Below the pieces are notes generated by a model. The model was not told the origin of the DNA. It saw only the letters and a program-made list of their open reading frames with translations, and did no database searches. Shown piece by piece: positions 1 through 9,913 of a stretch of DNA of 64,000 nucleotides. Both the position numbers and the translations under genes were made by a program. Position 1 is the stretch's first letter. Each line of letters starts with the position of its first letter. Origin of the DNA: Alphaproteobacteria bacterium (GTDB taxonomy: Bacteria > Pseudomonadota > Alphaproteobacteria > UBA828); contig CAXXVO010000007.1 in assembly GCA_963422645.2 (NCBI GenBank), positions 448,001 to 512,000 of the forward strand, given 5' to 3'.

Positions 1-9
1 GGGCCTGTA

Positions 10-3000
10 TTGGAATCTTTCAAGGACAGCGCCTCGTGGCTTGCGGAAGTACTAGTTGCAGCTTTCGAACATGCTGGCGGTACGGCGACAGAGCACTGGA
101 CTGATCGGTTCCTGGAACATTGGGCGCTGACATGGTCAGACCTTGAAAAGGGAATGAAAAGCTTAGGCTCGGCCCCAGAGGAGCGGCACGCGTGGGAACT
201 CTTGCGGCTAGCAGGGATCCCGGTTCCCGCGCGCGAAAGTGATACCGAAAACCCATTCCTGCAAACCCCAGTTGCGCGACTTCGTGGACTTGAAGTTGGT
301 AGCGTGCGCTTCACCCGCTTTATCCAGTGGTGGCAGCTGGTCATCGACGAGTTCGTAATCCCTCGGGGCGGGATCGAAACGCTCTTGATGGCCTTGGATC
401 TCCAAGTGCCAGGAGCCCAGAAACCTACGCCCTGGCGCGGGCTGGATTGGACGCGGGCGCTCGACATGACATCGGGAAGCCCTGCGCCAGTAGTGGCACG
501 CCGTGTGTTTGCCTGCGCGCCTTCTCCAACCGTTCTCATGCCCAACCCGCCGGCCTTTCCCGTTGCCCCTGTTCCGGCATGGTGGGGCGTTAACGCCCAC
601 CAGATCGCACGTGCGCAGAAGGCTCTGCATGAAGCCCGCGGATTAGTGAGCAACCCATCATGTACCAGCCTTACTGTTCTTCCCGGAAGGGAGGCCGCGC
701 TCATCTTGTTGACACGGGCCGGCGCTGTTTCCGAGGAGACGTTGGCCAGGAAGTGGCGGGCGTCATTATCTCTTTCCGGTTTGTCATTACGACTCAAGGA
801 GCCATGGACTTCGCTCCTCGTCGCGCACTCACCGCCGCCTCAAGGAGCCCATGGGACAACTGCAATAGAGCCGGACAGTGTGAAGTTGCACGTTTCGGGG
901 ACTGGTGTGAAAGCCGAGGTCCGCGCGGTCCGCGTTTCGTCGGGCGAGCACCTTCAGGTGGAGTTCGATACTACGATCACTTACTCGGCTGCCGTTGATT
1001 CTCGTGGTACGAAATCCGGCTCGTGGCATCCTGTTCGGGCGTTGCGCCTTACAGCGAGCGCCCGCGATGGCAATGGAACCGGTTGGGGTGAACTTCGCAC
1101 CGTAGACCACTCGGTAGAGGTGGTTGTTCCGTCGTGCTTTTCGCCCACGTTACTGTCCTATAGTGGAAGTCGGGGCAAGATTGTGGTTGCACCGGACCGC
1201 GGGGACACCTTTGTTCGCGTTGGGCCCGGCGACGCGAACTGGAACGCGAGTTCCACGCCGGATTTGTTGCTTGCCGAGGAAGGCTCGTATGACCTCGTCG
1301 GTTACGATGGCAGAATCATTGGCGGAGGTTCGTTCGGTGCGGAAGCGGTGATCGAAGTTGAAGGTCGCTCATTCACCTTGATCGGCGGGTTGCAACATGT
1401 CGAGGCGAGGTTAGACGAGGGCGATCAAGTAACAGGATCGACTACGGGCGTTATAGCAGTTGCAAAGGTTAGGCAACGTTCGCGCTCTGTTACGTCGGGC
1501 CTTGTGGCGGCGATAAGGAAGTCGGGACCGGGGCGAAAGCCTCCCTCTTCGAGCGCGCGCTCTAGCGTTCTGGGCCGCTTTCAGAGTGCGGTCGCCAGCT
1601 CGGTTCGGGGATCCAGCGACGACACTCACAGTAGCTTGTTTCAGTACGTCCTCGGGACAGCTCAAACCATCACTGAATGGCCGCCGCTCTGTTCAGGCAC
1701 AGCGCCAACCGTCATGGCTAATCTCCCAGTGGGCTTCCAATTGCCTGGAGTCGGGAACGGTCTGAGCCCCTCCGTGGTTGCGAGTACCACGTGGATAGAA
1801 TTCATGGCCGCCGCGCATGCTGTGCTGGATCACCTCGGTGTGCGCCAAGCAGGAGAAGAGATCTGGCTTTCAGCGATGAATCCTGGCGAGTTGCCAGGCG
1901 TTGTTGTTTGGGCTCTTGTCGAAGCACACCGTAACTTGATCGCTGATGTTCGGGCCGCGTCCGCGGGAGATGCGTTCTGGGCGAGCTACCCCTTTTCGGT
2001 CATCGTGGTAGACGACACACCTGGCGCGAATCTTGGACAGGTTCAAGCGGTCTTTCTTTCGCCGCTCCATCCCGTTCGGTTAGCGTGGGCGTTTTCTGTG
2101 GCGCGCCTTGCCCAAAGCCCCGGTGTCGACCGTACACTGCTCGGGCTAGCGGAGGGATGGAATCTGCCGCTGACAGGTACAACGATCTCAGTTACTGGCC
2201 AGCCAATCCCGATGGTAGCTTTACCCCTTGATCCCGGGGAGGACGCCGACTTCGCTACCTGGAGCGCCCTCGCCATCCTCGGAAATGATGGTCTTGTCCG
2301 TGCGCCAAGACTTGCCGCAGGTCTCGAGCTTCCCTGGGGTGGTCCTAGCGGTATTAATGAGAAGGTAGTTAGTCAGGCGATCACCGACTACCTCTCCATC
2401 CATCCGTACCTGAACTCTCTCGAGATAGATGTCCGATCAGTGTCGCGGGCGCCTCGGGCCCGTGAAATTGATGACGCCCTTATCCGCACGGTTGGAGGAG
2501 CCACGGTAAACGAAGTTTCTCTACTGGGTGGAGCAACGCGCGTTTGGGATTCCCGAAATAGACTGGGAGAACCACCCTCGCGCGATCAACTACTGAAACT
2601 GCGCGATACAAATCGGCGGGACCGTCCGTTCGAATGGCGTCGTTACTCGGAGACAAGCGCGGCGCCAGTTTCCGATATCGCACTTATCGAGAGCGCCAGC
2701 GCCCACATGGGGGCTGTCGAAGCACAAACTACCGGCGTACTCGGACCATTACCGCTTCGGCGATTCACTGTTCCCGCGATATCAGGCCAAGTGCTTGACC
2801 AGCAGTACGCGGCGTACCCCGGAGATGACGTGTTGGGTATCTCGCGATTGCTGGCCGAGATCGAGCATACCTTGCCAAGCGGACTTGCCGCTCTCCGCGT
2901 TGCGCCACAGGCGAATGCCCTCGGTATAGGTAGCGGTGCTCGATGGGAGGTACTTGGCACGCTCAACGTAGATCCCGCTCTCTTGTCGAGAATCATTAGG

Positions 3001-5496
3001 TCGAGTGGCCACGCTGACCGCATGCTCTGGGAATGGCGCCCGTCTTGGCTTGCGAGTGGCCATGGGGATCGAGATGAAATTGCGAAGCGAGCCCATTACG
3101 TCGTAGCGCGCGTGCCGGCATCGCTCGCAAGAGGCCTTGCCATCCGGCAAGGGCTAACGGAGTCACGCGCTCGAGAAATGATTACCGAGTTAGGACGTCG
3201 CGGTATTGGCCTGGCTTCGTTGCAGGCTACCGGCGGTACGCAGGAGAGTGCAGCGGCAGGCCACTTCTATGCAACTCGGCTGTTGCTTCCCCCCGAGGGA
3301 CATGCACAGCCACAAAGCTGGTTTACTCCCGCCAACAATACATATTCTGGACTTCTGCCCATAGACCCAGTGTCAGAAATCTTGTGCGCCATTGCCGGGG
3401 AGTCCCCTAATCGCCGTGCCGATCTGCTCGTGTTCAAGGTGATTATCGAGGGCGATGCGGTCCGCGTCAAAATCTTACCCATCGAGGTGAAGCACCATGG
3501 CCAACCCCAGTCACCGAGCCCGCTCCCCGCAGATTCTGATCGGGAGCTCAAGCGCGCCAGGGAACAACTGAAGGAGGCTTCGAAGCTCGTTCGAGCATTG
3601 TCAGCAGCGCTAGATCCAGGTCCGGAACTCGCTGACGATCCCGCAGCCGCGGTTACGCGCAGACAAGCTTGCGCAGTTCTCCTCGATCTTGCACTCAGTT
3701 TCGCCGACGAGGAGGTAGACCCTCGGGCTCGAGCGATGATCCTAAGATGCGTGGTCCAAGGGCGAGTGGTCGTCGATGCGGCACCCGCAATGCTGCTTTG
3801 GTTCGCCCCCGGTTCCATGGCTTCAAGCGGAGCGGCGTGCATAGTTCGCCCCGGCACGGGGGGAAGCCGCGAAGCCTTCATTGACCCTGCGGTGGTTCCT
3901 GGCACCTGGTGGCAAGATACACCGCCAGGACCTGACGACGCTGCTTTGAGAAGTGCGATTGACGACGCACTGCGGGAGATGCTCAGGGCAAGAAAGGACA
4001 TCCCCGCGGAACCAGAAACCGATCTCACCGCAGCGCTCTTGGGAATGCTTGATCTGGCGTCTGACACGGCAAGTGAACCCGCACCTGCCGGACCGACTGA
4101 GGGTGAACCTACCGGATTGCTGCCAGCGGACCGAGAAGCGGACCAATCAGGAACGGCCGATCCGAAAACGAGTGAACTCGCAGCGCGAGTAATCGAAGCT
4201 AGGGTAGATGCAAATTCCGCCACCACTTCCCACGCTGATATTAAGGCTTCCAATGAGCCTGCGTCGTCCGTCTTTGTACCTGCCAACATGGCACCTCCGG
4301 CAGCTTATGTTGGTTGGGATAAGCCCGCTACACGATATTGTCTCTTGGGAAATCTTGTTGATACCGGCGAGAAGGTGGGACTTGACCTTGATAATCCGAA
4401 GGCGATTGGGGTTTTCGGATATATGGGTTCAGGCAAGAGCTATCTGCTTGGAACGCTGGTCGAGTCGTGCCTTGTCCCGATAGCGGGTATCAACTCGCTA
4501 CCGGCACCTCTCGCCGTTGTCATCTTCAATTACCGCCGCCACTCCGCCGATCGTTTCGAGTTAAGCTCTCTTGCGCACCCCAATCCCGATCAGAAAGACC
4601 GCGAGCGCCTCGAACGGATGTATCAAGCGTCACCTCAGGCAGTGGACGATATTCATATACTGTGCCTCCCCGGCCAACTAACTCCGGAGCGGGTCGCCGA
4701 GTACGGCGGCTTGCCGACTACGGAGCTCTTTTTCGATCCATCCGCGCTTGGCGTGGAGGATTGGGAGCTCCTCATGGGTGAACCTGGGAGCAACGCCGTA
4801 TTTGCCAGGGCAATCAGAAATTCATTGATGGATCTGCAGGCGGCCGGCGATGTCAGCCTCGAAAGCCTCGAGCGAAGCATCGCCAATACGCTGAACAGGG
4901 CGAGTCAATCGGCGGCTCAGCTTAGGTTGGACTTCATGCGTAGGTATCTCTCTGCGGAGCGAGGTCTACGATTTGGCGAAATTCTGAGACCAGGGCGAAC
5001 TGTGATTTTCGACCTTCGCCAACCTTTGTTCAACAAGGATGATGCCCTCCGTTTTTTCTTGGTATGCTCAAATCATATCAGCCGGGTACAAGGCGGGTTC
5101 AACAAGCTCGTCGTATTTGATGAAGCGCACGAATACTTGAGCGAGGCATTCGGAGAGAAGATAGAAGCGCGAATCCGTTTAATGCGACATGAGGGTACGT
5201 CGTACGTCTTTGCTACACAGGACGTGGGGTCAATCCCCCTCCAGGTCAGGCGGTTCATCACCACGAGGTTTGTCTTTGGCCTGGGGACTCGCGACAACGT
5301 CAATGATCTGGTGCGATTTGCGCCAGAATTTGCAAACCTGCCGTTGCAACAGCTCGCACCAGGAACTTGCTATGTCCAATCAGCCCCCTCACAACGCAAT
5401 TTGTTTGAGCGCCCGCGATTGGTTCAGGTGCGCCCGCGAGTGACACAGCATGGTGGAACAAGCCGGATCTTCCCAGTCGCGGCTGAAGACAAGTAG
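10..5496 (+). CDS. Large defence-type protein: PD-(D/E)xK nuclease domain plus C-terminal HerA/FtsK-type P-loop ATPase (DndH/DptH-like); probably 5'-truncated by the window edge
   Basis: 1828-aa ORF whose frame is open to base 1. Nuclease-like motif RRADLLVF...ILPIEVKH...AREQL (~nt 3410-3570), acidic/Pro linker, Walker A GYMGSGKS (nt 4417), Walker B LVVFDEAH (nt ~5107-5130), then R-H-x-G...FATQ typical of HerA/FtsK ATPases. Lower GC than the rest of the window. Confidence 0.7.
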   Translation: MESFKDSASWLAEVLVAAFEHAGGTATEHWTDRFLEHWALTWSDLEKGMKSLGSAPEERHAWELLRLAGIPVPARESDTENPFLQTPVARLRGLEVGSVRFTRFIQWWQLVIDEFVIPRGGIETLLMALDLQVPGAQKPTPWRGLDWTRALDMTSGSPAPVVARRVFACAPSPTVLMPNPPAFPVAPVPAWWGVNAHQIARAQKALHEARGLVSNPSCTSLTVLPGREAALILLTRAGAVSEETLARKWRASLSLSGLSLRLKEPWTSLLVAHSPPPQGAHGTTAIEPDSVKLHVSGTGVKAEVRAVRVSSGEHLQVEFDTTITYSAAVDSRGTKSGSWHPVRALRLTASARDGNGTGWGELRTVDHSVEVVVPSCFSPTLLSYSGSRGKIVVAPDRGDTFVRVGPGDANWNASSTPDLLLAEEGSYDLVGYDGRIIGGGSFGAEAVIEVEGRSFTLIGGLQHVEARLDEGDQVTGSTTGVIAVAKVRQRSRSVTSGLVAAIRKSGPGRKPPSSSARSSVLGRFQSAVASSVRGSSDDTHSSLFQYVLGTAQTITEWPPLCSGTAPTVMANLPVGFQLPGVGNGLSPSVVASTTWIEFMAAAHAVLDHLGVRQAGEEIWLSAMNPGELPGVVVWALVEAHRNLIADVRAASAGDAFWASYPFSVIVVDDTPGANLGQVQAVFLSPLHPVRLAWAFSVARLAQSPGVDRTLLGLAEGWNLPLTGTTISVTGQPIPMVALPLDPGEDADFATWSALAILGNDGLVRAPRLAAGLELPWGGPSGINEKVVSQAITDYLSIHPYLNSLEIDVRSVSRAPRAREIDDALIRTVGGATVNEVSLLGGATRVWDSRNRLGEPPSRDQLLKLRDTNRRDRPFEWRRYSETSAAPVSDIALIESASAHMGAVEAQTTGVLGPLPLRRFTVPAISGQVLDQQYAAYPGDDVLGISRLLAEIEHTLPSGLAALRVAPQANALGIGSGARWEVLGTLNVDPALLSRIIRSSGHADRMLWEWRPSWLASGHGDRDEIAKRAHYVVARVPASLARGLAIRQGLTESRAREMITELGRRGIGLASLQATGGTQESAAAGHFYATRLLLPPEGHAQPQSWFTPANNTYSGLLPIDPVSEILCAIAGESPNRRADLLVFKVIIEGDAVRVKILPIEVKHHGQPQSPSPLPADSDRELKRAREQLKEASKLVRALSAALDPGPELADDPAAAVTRRQACAVLLDLALSFADEEVDPRARAMILRCVVQGRVVVDAAPAMLLWFAPGSMASSGAACIVRPGTGGSREAFIDPAVVPGTWWQDTPPGPDDAALRSAIDDALREMLRARKDIPAEPETDLTAALLGMLDLASDTASEPAPAGPTEGEPTGLLPADREADQSGTADPKTSELAARVIEARVDANSATTSHADIKASNEPASSVFVPANMAPPAAYVGWDKPATRYCLLGNLVDTGEKVGLDLDNPKAIGVFGYMGSGKSYLLGTLVESCLVPIAGINSLPAPLAVVIFNYRRHSADRFELSSLAHPNPDQKDRERLERMYQASPQAVDDIHILCLPGQLTPERVAEYGGLPTTELFFDPSALGVEDWELLMGEPGSNAVFARAIRNSLMDLQAAGDVSLESLERSIANTLNRASQSAAQLRLDFMRRYLSAERGLRFGEILRPGRTVIFDLRQPLFNKDDALRFFLVCSNHISRVQGGFNKLVVFDEAHEYLSEAFGEKIEARIRLMRHEGTSYVFATQDVGSIPLQVRRFITTRFVFGLGTRDNVNDLVRFAPEFANLPLQQLAPGTCYVQSAPSQRNLFERPRLVQVRPRVTQHGGTSRIFPVAAEDK

Positions 5497-5497
5497 C

Positions 5498-6193
5498 GTG
5501 ACCAGTCGGGCGATTCCTTTGGATGCGCCAACCCTCAATAAGGCTCGTTGGTGTCGCCGTCAACTCCTCGCGTGGTATGTTCGACATGGTCGCGAATTTC
5601 CATGGCGTTCGTGCAATGCGAGTCTCTACCAGCAGGTCGTCGCCGAGGTCCTGCTTCAGCGAACACAAGCTTCGACAGTCAGCAAGTTCTTTGACTCTTT
5701 CTTTCAGAAGTTCAAGACTTGGAATGACATCGACATGGCTCCGATTGGGCAGTTGGAGAATGCGCTTAGACCTATCGGTCTTTGGCGACGAAGAGCAACC
5801 GCCCTGAAGGCACTTGCTAGGGAACTGGTAGTGCGAGGGGGCAGTTTTCCACCATCGCGCGAGGAACTTGAGGCCTTGCCCGCTGTCGGGCAGTATGTCG
5901 CGAGCTCTGTGCTATTGTTCGCATACAATCGTGCAGAGCCTTTGCTTGATGAAAGCATGGCGCGCGTCATTGAACGTGTATTCGAGCCGCGACGTCTGGT
6001 GGACATTCGCTATGACCGGCGCCTGCAAGCTCTGGCGCGGTTATTGGTGCGGTCGCGCAATCCAGCTCGGGTCAACTGGGCGCTGCTCGATGTGGCCGCT
6101 CGAAACTGCCTCCGTCGAACACCGAATTGCAATGAGTGTCCCCTGAAACGACATTGCAATTTCGCGAATGGCATTAAGGTGCCGACGTACTGA
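5498..6193 (+). CDS. HhH-GPD DNA glycosylase with [4Fe-4S] cluster (MutY/Mig-TDG family, no MutT-like C-terminal domain)
   Basis: WY..HGREFPWR, AEVLLQRT, HhH LPAVGQYVA, catalytic-Asp region PLLDESMARV, C-x6-C-x2-C-x5-C (CLRRTPNCNECPLKRHC). GTG start 1 nt after the upstream TAG (the ORF track start at 5450 overlaps the upstream gene). Confidence 0.85.
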   Translation: MTSRAIPLDAPTLNKARWCRRQLLAWYVRHGREFPWRSCNASLYQQVVAEVLLQRTQASTVSKFFDSFFQKFKTWNDIDMAPIGQLENALRPIGLWRRRATALKALARELVVRGGSFPPSREELEALPAVGQYVASSVLLFAYNRAEPLLDESMARVIERVFEPRRLVDIRYDRRLQALARLLVRSRNPARVNWALLDVAARNCLRRTPNCNECPLKRHCNFANGIKVPTY

Positions 6194-6386
6194 ACATCTG
6201 CGTCTGCCGTTTAATGGCGCGGGTTTGTTTAGAGGTACCTGTCACCATAAGGGCAAGAGCGCGACACGCTCACACCGCGTATGAAGGTAGCCTAATGTTT
6301 GTGCGGATCTCGAACGAAAACACTGCGAGGCTCACGAAATACGTGGCCCAAGAATGTCGAACCTCTTCCGGGAGTGGAAGGAAGAA

Positions 6387-7073
6387 TTATTTGTCGGACA
6401 GTCGCCGCCCGTGAGCCTCCACAATACGCGATATTCCTTTGTCTAGAATTTCTATATTGATGCGTGCTTTCCGATATAGAGCAATATGCATTTTGACAAA
6501 TATATTGAATAAGTTCGCTTGATGGACCATGGTCCCGAAGAAGAGTTGATTTACAGCTTCTTCGTCATCGACGAGAAATGGTGCGATCGATCCCAAGTTT
6601 CCGTCCGTTGGCTTGAACTGAGTTCTGGCTCCGGCGAAAAGCAGTCGGACACCAAGCTTGTCGAATGAGTCGTACCGAGCCATTTGTGTGGCAACATCGG
6701 GAGAACGTCCGAAATGTCTCGCTCGGTCTAAGGGATTTTGAAGAACGAGTTGAGGTCCATGTTTGAGCTTGTTGTAAGCAATCGAAACTCTCGGAATTTG
6801 TGTCTCAACGTGGAACGAATTAGCAACTCGCCGGAGCTCGCTGGGAAGCTGTCTCCAAAACTCAATATGGCGTTTGGGAATGAGCCTTGTGCTCGGAATT
6901 GCTCGCCATTTGTACCCGAGAAAGAACTCGACGATCTCCGCATCGGTCTTTTCGCATACTTCCTGAAAAAACGATCTTCGGTTTACCTGAACGCTTGTGG
7001 ATTTGTTGCTCTTTAGTTTTGTGTGTACCTCTTGTATCTCGGACCCATCTTTTATCGTCAATTGGTGCCTCAT
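6387..7073 (-). pseudogene. Low-GC hypothetical protein, possible HEPN-like domain; probably the 3' remnant of a gene cut by IS66
   Basis: 228-aa ORF with AYNKLKHG (N-x-x-K-H, HEPN-like). Its ATG lies 1 nt from the IS66 end at 7075, leaving no native RBS or promoter. Confidence 0.4.
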
Positions 7074-7074
7074 G

Positions 7075-7687
7075 GTAACTGCCCAGGTACCCCCTCTCTC
7101 TTATGGAACAAGCCAGTTCCTTTTGCGTCAACGCCCCCACGCCGCGGGGGTGCCTACTCTCTTGAGCGCGAGAGGATGATGAACGCCGCGTCGCGAACAA
7201 GATGAGAGGACAGCGATACTCAGGATGAGCCGGAGAAGTTCAGGAGCGCAGTATAGGGATCAGCTGCATCGGTTCCGGGTGCGCCAGGATTTGCAGGATG
7301 TTCCAGCCTTGCTTTCGAGCGGTGACGATGACGCTGCGCATTCCGGCGAAGTTGCAGGCGCCTTGCAGGGAGCGGAAGCCGCCTGAGATCTTCTCATGCA
7401 CTTTGTTCATACGGATGTCACGCTCCGCCTCGTTATTCGTGAACGGCGTGCGCAGGTCGGTGAGGAAGCGCAGGCAGCCCTCCTTATGCTTTTGAAGGCG
7501 GCGCGCGAGGTTGTGGCCGATGCGGCGTTTCTTTCGCCCTCGCTTTGCGATCTGGAGCGGCGGTTGGGCCTCATGGAAGGCGATGGCTTCTTCGAGGATA
7601 CGGTCCCATGCCCTTGAGATGCGGGCCACCAGGGAGGCGGGGACTTGACGGTCTTTCTCACGGGCGAAGCGGGCGGCCCTGCGCGCG
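7075..7687 (-). mobile_element. Truncated IS66 (right end plus 3' tnpC fragment), inverted copy of 28395-29007
   Basis: Starts with TIR GTAACTGCCCAGGTACCCC. The 613 bp match the reverse complement of 28395-29007 by eye, and ORF 7240-7629 equals the C-terminus of the transposase ending at 28842. Identity stops abruptly at 7687. Confidence 0.93.
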
Positions 7688-7843
7688 AAACCGACCCGAT
7701 TTGCCGCCGTCGCAAGACCCCTGAAACGCCCCGAAAATCGCCGTTTCCAGCCAATTCACGGCCTCTGCACGGCCCGATTCGCAAAGACTTCCGTCCGCAC
7801 GCCAGCCGCCGCACCGCCACCGTGCCGCCGCGCATCCCCTTGA

Positions 7844-7898
7844 GATTCCGCCACCTTCCGCCCGATTCCGCCTGATTCCACCCCTTGACCCGATTCAC
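7844..7898. repeat. Degenerate ~10-bp tandem repeat (GATTCCGCCN)
   Basis: gattccgcca ccttccgccc gattccgcct gattccaccc cttgaccc gattcac. Confidence 0.55.
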
Positions 7899-7919
7899 AA
7901 CGACTTTCGTCCGTCTACA

Positions 7920-9005
7920 ATGGCGATCACCGCTGATCCCCCGTCAACGGCACCGGACCTGCTGAGTGCGGATGGCTCGGGAACGCCCGCCGACAACACA
8001 ATGCTCGAGGAGACGGCCGACGCGGCCAGAACGAAGATCGTCGACTGGGCCGACACTGTGTACGAGCGAACGACTGCGTCGGATTCAACCGATACGTTCG
8101 TGATTTACAGCAACAAGGGCGGGCCAACGCCCACGGCGTTTCACATGGTCCACCCGCTCGACAGCAATGGGGCGTTGGTCCTCGACAACTCGAAATTGGG
8201 GTTGGTCAGCGGCGTGGCCGGGTTCCCGTCGGCAGTCAATCAGGTGGACGTGCCGTTCATGGACGACGATGAGTTCACGGGCATGTTCGACGATGCGCCG
8301 GGCACCTACACGTGCGTCTCGATGTGCACCCTCTCAACCGATGTGGACGGCGAGTTGGTCGACGTCGACGGCGATTGGCAGTTTGCGCCCGATGACGACG
8401 AGTTCCCGGTGCCGGTGGACGACAGCGACTACGTCCATTTCGGCTATTGGATGAATGAGTCAGGAGAAGACGACCAGCCCGTCATCATGGCGGCCGCCAT
8501 CGCCGGCGGAACCGCCGAGTCCGCGATCGGCACCGTTCAAGACCTGGAAGGCCACGCGACCTACACCGGGGCGGCGACAGGTCTCTATGTGATCAGGACC
8601 TACACGCTGGACGGTGATATCGATAGCCGAAGGGGCGGACAGTTCACCGCCGACGCGATGCTGACGGCCTACTTCGGCGGTGACGACGTGGCGGTCAACA
8701 AACATTACTCGATCGTTGGCTCGATCAAGGACTTCGTGGACCGGCACGGTAGAGCCATCGACTCCAGCTGGACTGTGGACCTGGCAGCGCAGTTCGGCAG
8801 CCAACAGGGCGCCATGTTCGAAGGAGATACCGTGGGCGACACAGTCGAAGGTACGGGCTCCTGGGATGGCCGGTTCTTCGGGCCCAGCAACGCCGCGACG
8901 CCCGGCAATCAGTCCACGTTCCCGAGCGCCGTGGCTGGCACCTTCGACGCTCAGTTCACCAACGGCGCCGTCATCGGCGCCTTCGGCGCGGTGAACGACG
9001 AGTAG
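7920..9005 (+). CDS. Acidic TbpB-like / Slam-dependent surface protein beta-barrel domain; probably N-terminally truncated
   Basis: Motifs YVHFGYW, GHATYTGAATGLY, GGQFTADAMLTAYFG, GSWDGRFFG and terminal AVAGTFDAQFTNGAVIGAFGA. No signal peptide or lipobox at the available start. Confidence 0.65.
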   Translation: MAITADPPSTAPDLLSADGSGTPADNTMLEETADAARTKIVDWADTVYERTTASDSTDTFVIYSNKGGPTPTAFHMVHPLDSNGALVLDNSKLGLVSGVAGFPSAVNQVDVPFMDDDEFTGMFDDAPGTYTCVSMCTLSTDVDGELVDVDGDWQFAPDDDEFPVPVDDSDYVHFGYWMNESGEDDQPVIMAAAIAGGTAESAIGTVQDLEGHATYTGAATGLYVIRTYTLDGDIDSRRGGQFTADAMLTAYFGGDDVAVNKHYSIVGSIKDFVDRHGRAIDSSWTVDLAAQFGSQQGAMFEGDTVGDTVEGTGSWDGRFFGPSNAATPGNQSTFPSAVAGTFDAQFTNGAVIGAFGAVNDE

Positions 9006-9073
9006 CGCAGACGGAGCGGGCGCGCGACGGCGAAGACGTCAATTGATCCCGACGGCGCCTTTCGCCCCTCTCT

Positions 9074-9832
9074 TCAGTACCGCCCCACGGTAACCCCGCC
9101 ATCGACGATGATGGTCTGGCCGCTGACATAGCGCGCGCCGTCGGAGCAGAGGAAGAAGATCACGTCGGCGATGTCGTCCGCTTCGCCGTAGCGGCCGAGC
9201 GGGATGTACTCGGCGGCTGCCTCCAGCCCCGCGAGCCCGAGCGAGTGCACGGTCGAGAGCGCCTGCGCGGTCTTGATGAAGCCGGGTGCGATGCCGTTGA
9301 CTCGGATGCCGTCGCCGCCCAGGTCGCAGGCCATGCCGCGCACCAGCCCGACCACGCCGGACTTGGCCGCGTTGTACTGCACGTGATCGTGCCAGCCCCA
9401 GGTGGTGCCCATCACCGAGGAGACGGCCACCATCGCGCCGCGCTTTGCCTCGCGCATCCCCGGCGCCGCGGCGCGCAGCAGGCGGAACACGCCTGAGAGG
9501 TCGACATCGAGGGTGTGGTTCCATTTCTCGTCGCTCATCTCGGTGAGCGACACCTTGTGAGCGATACCGGCATTGGCGACCACGACGTCCAGAGCGCCAG
9601 TGGCGGCCTCGGCAGCCGCGACCGCATCGTTCACATTGGCGCTGTCGGTCACGTCCACATGGCTGAAGCTCGCGCTGCCGCCTTCCGCCTCGATCGCAGC
9701 GACGGTTCCCTGCCCTTCCTCGTCTAGCAGGTCGGTGACGTAGACGTGATATCCGGCCCGGCCGAAGGCCAGGCCCGTGGCCTTGCCGATGCCGATTCCG
9801 GCGCCCGTAATCATGACTGTCGGCTTGCTCAT
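9074..9832 (-). CDS. SDR family oxidoreductase (FabG-like)
   Basis: TGAGIGIG, ANAG, YNAAK, RVNGIAPG. Confidence 0.9.
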   Translation of the reverse strand: MSKPTVMITGAGIGIGKATGLAFGRAGYHVYVTDLLDEEGQGTVAAIEAEGGSASFSHVDVTDSANVNDAVAAAEAATGALDVVVANAGIAHKVSLTEMSDEKWNHTLDVDLSGVFRLLRAAAPGMREAKRGAMVAVSSVMGTTWGWHDHVQYNAAKSGVVGLVRGMACDLGGDGIRVNGIAPGFIKTAQALSTVHSLGLAGLEAAAEYIPLGRYGEADDIADVIFFLCSDGARYVSGQTIIVDGGVTVGRY

Positions 9833-9913
9833 GTAAGACTCCCGTGCCCGCGCGTTGGTGTGAGTTCGGCCCCCTGATAGTGCATATCCCCGGCACTCTC
9901 AACGCGCCGGGAG

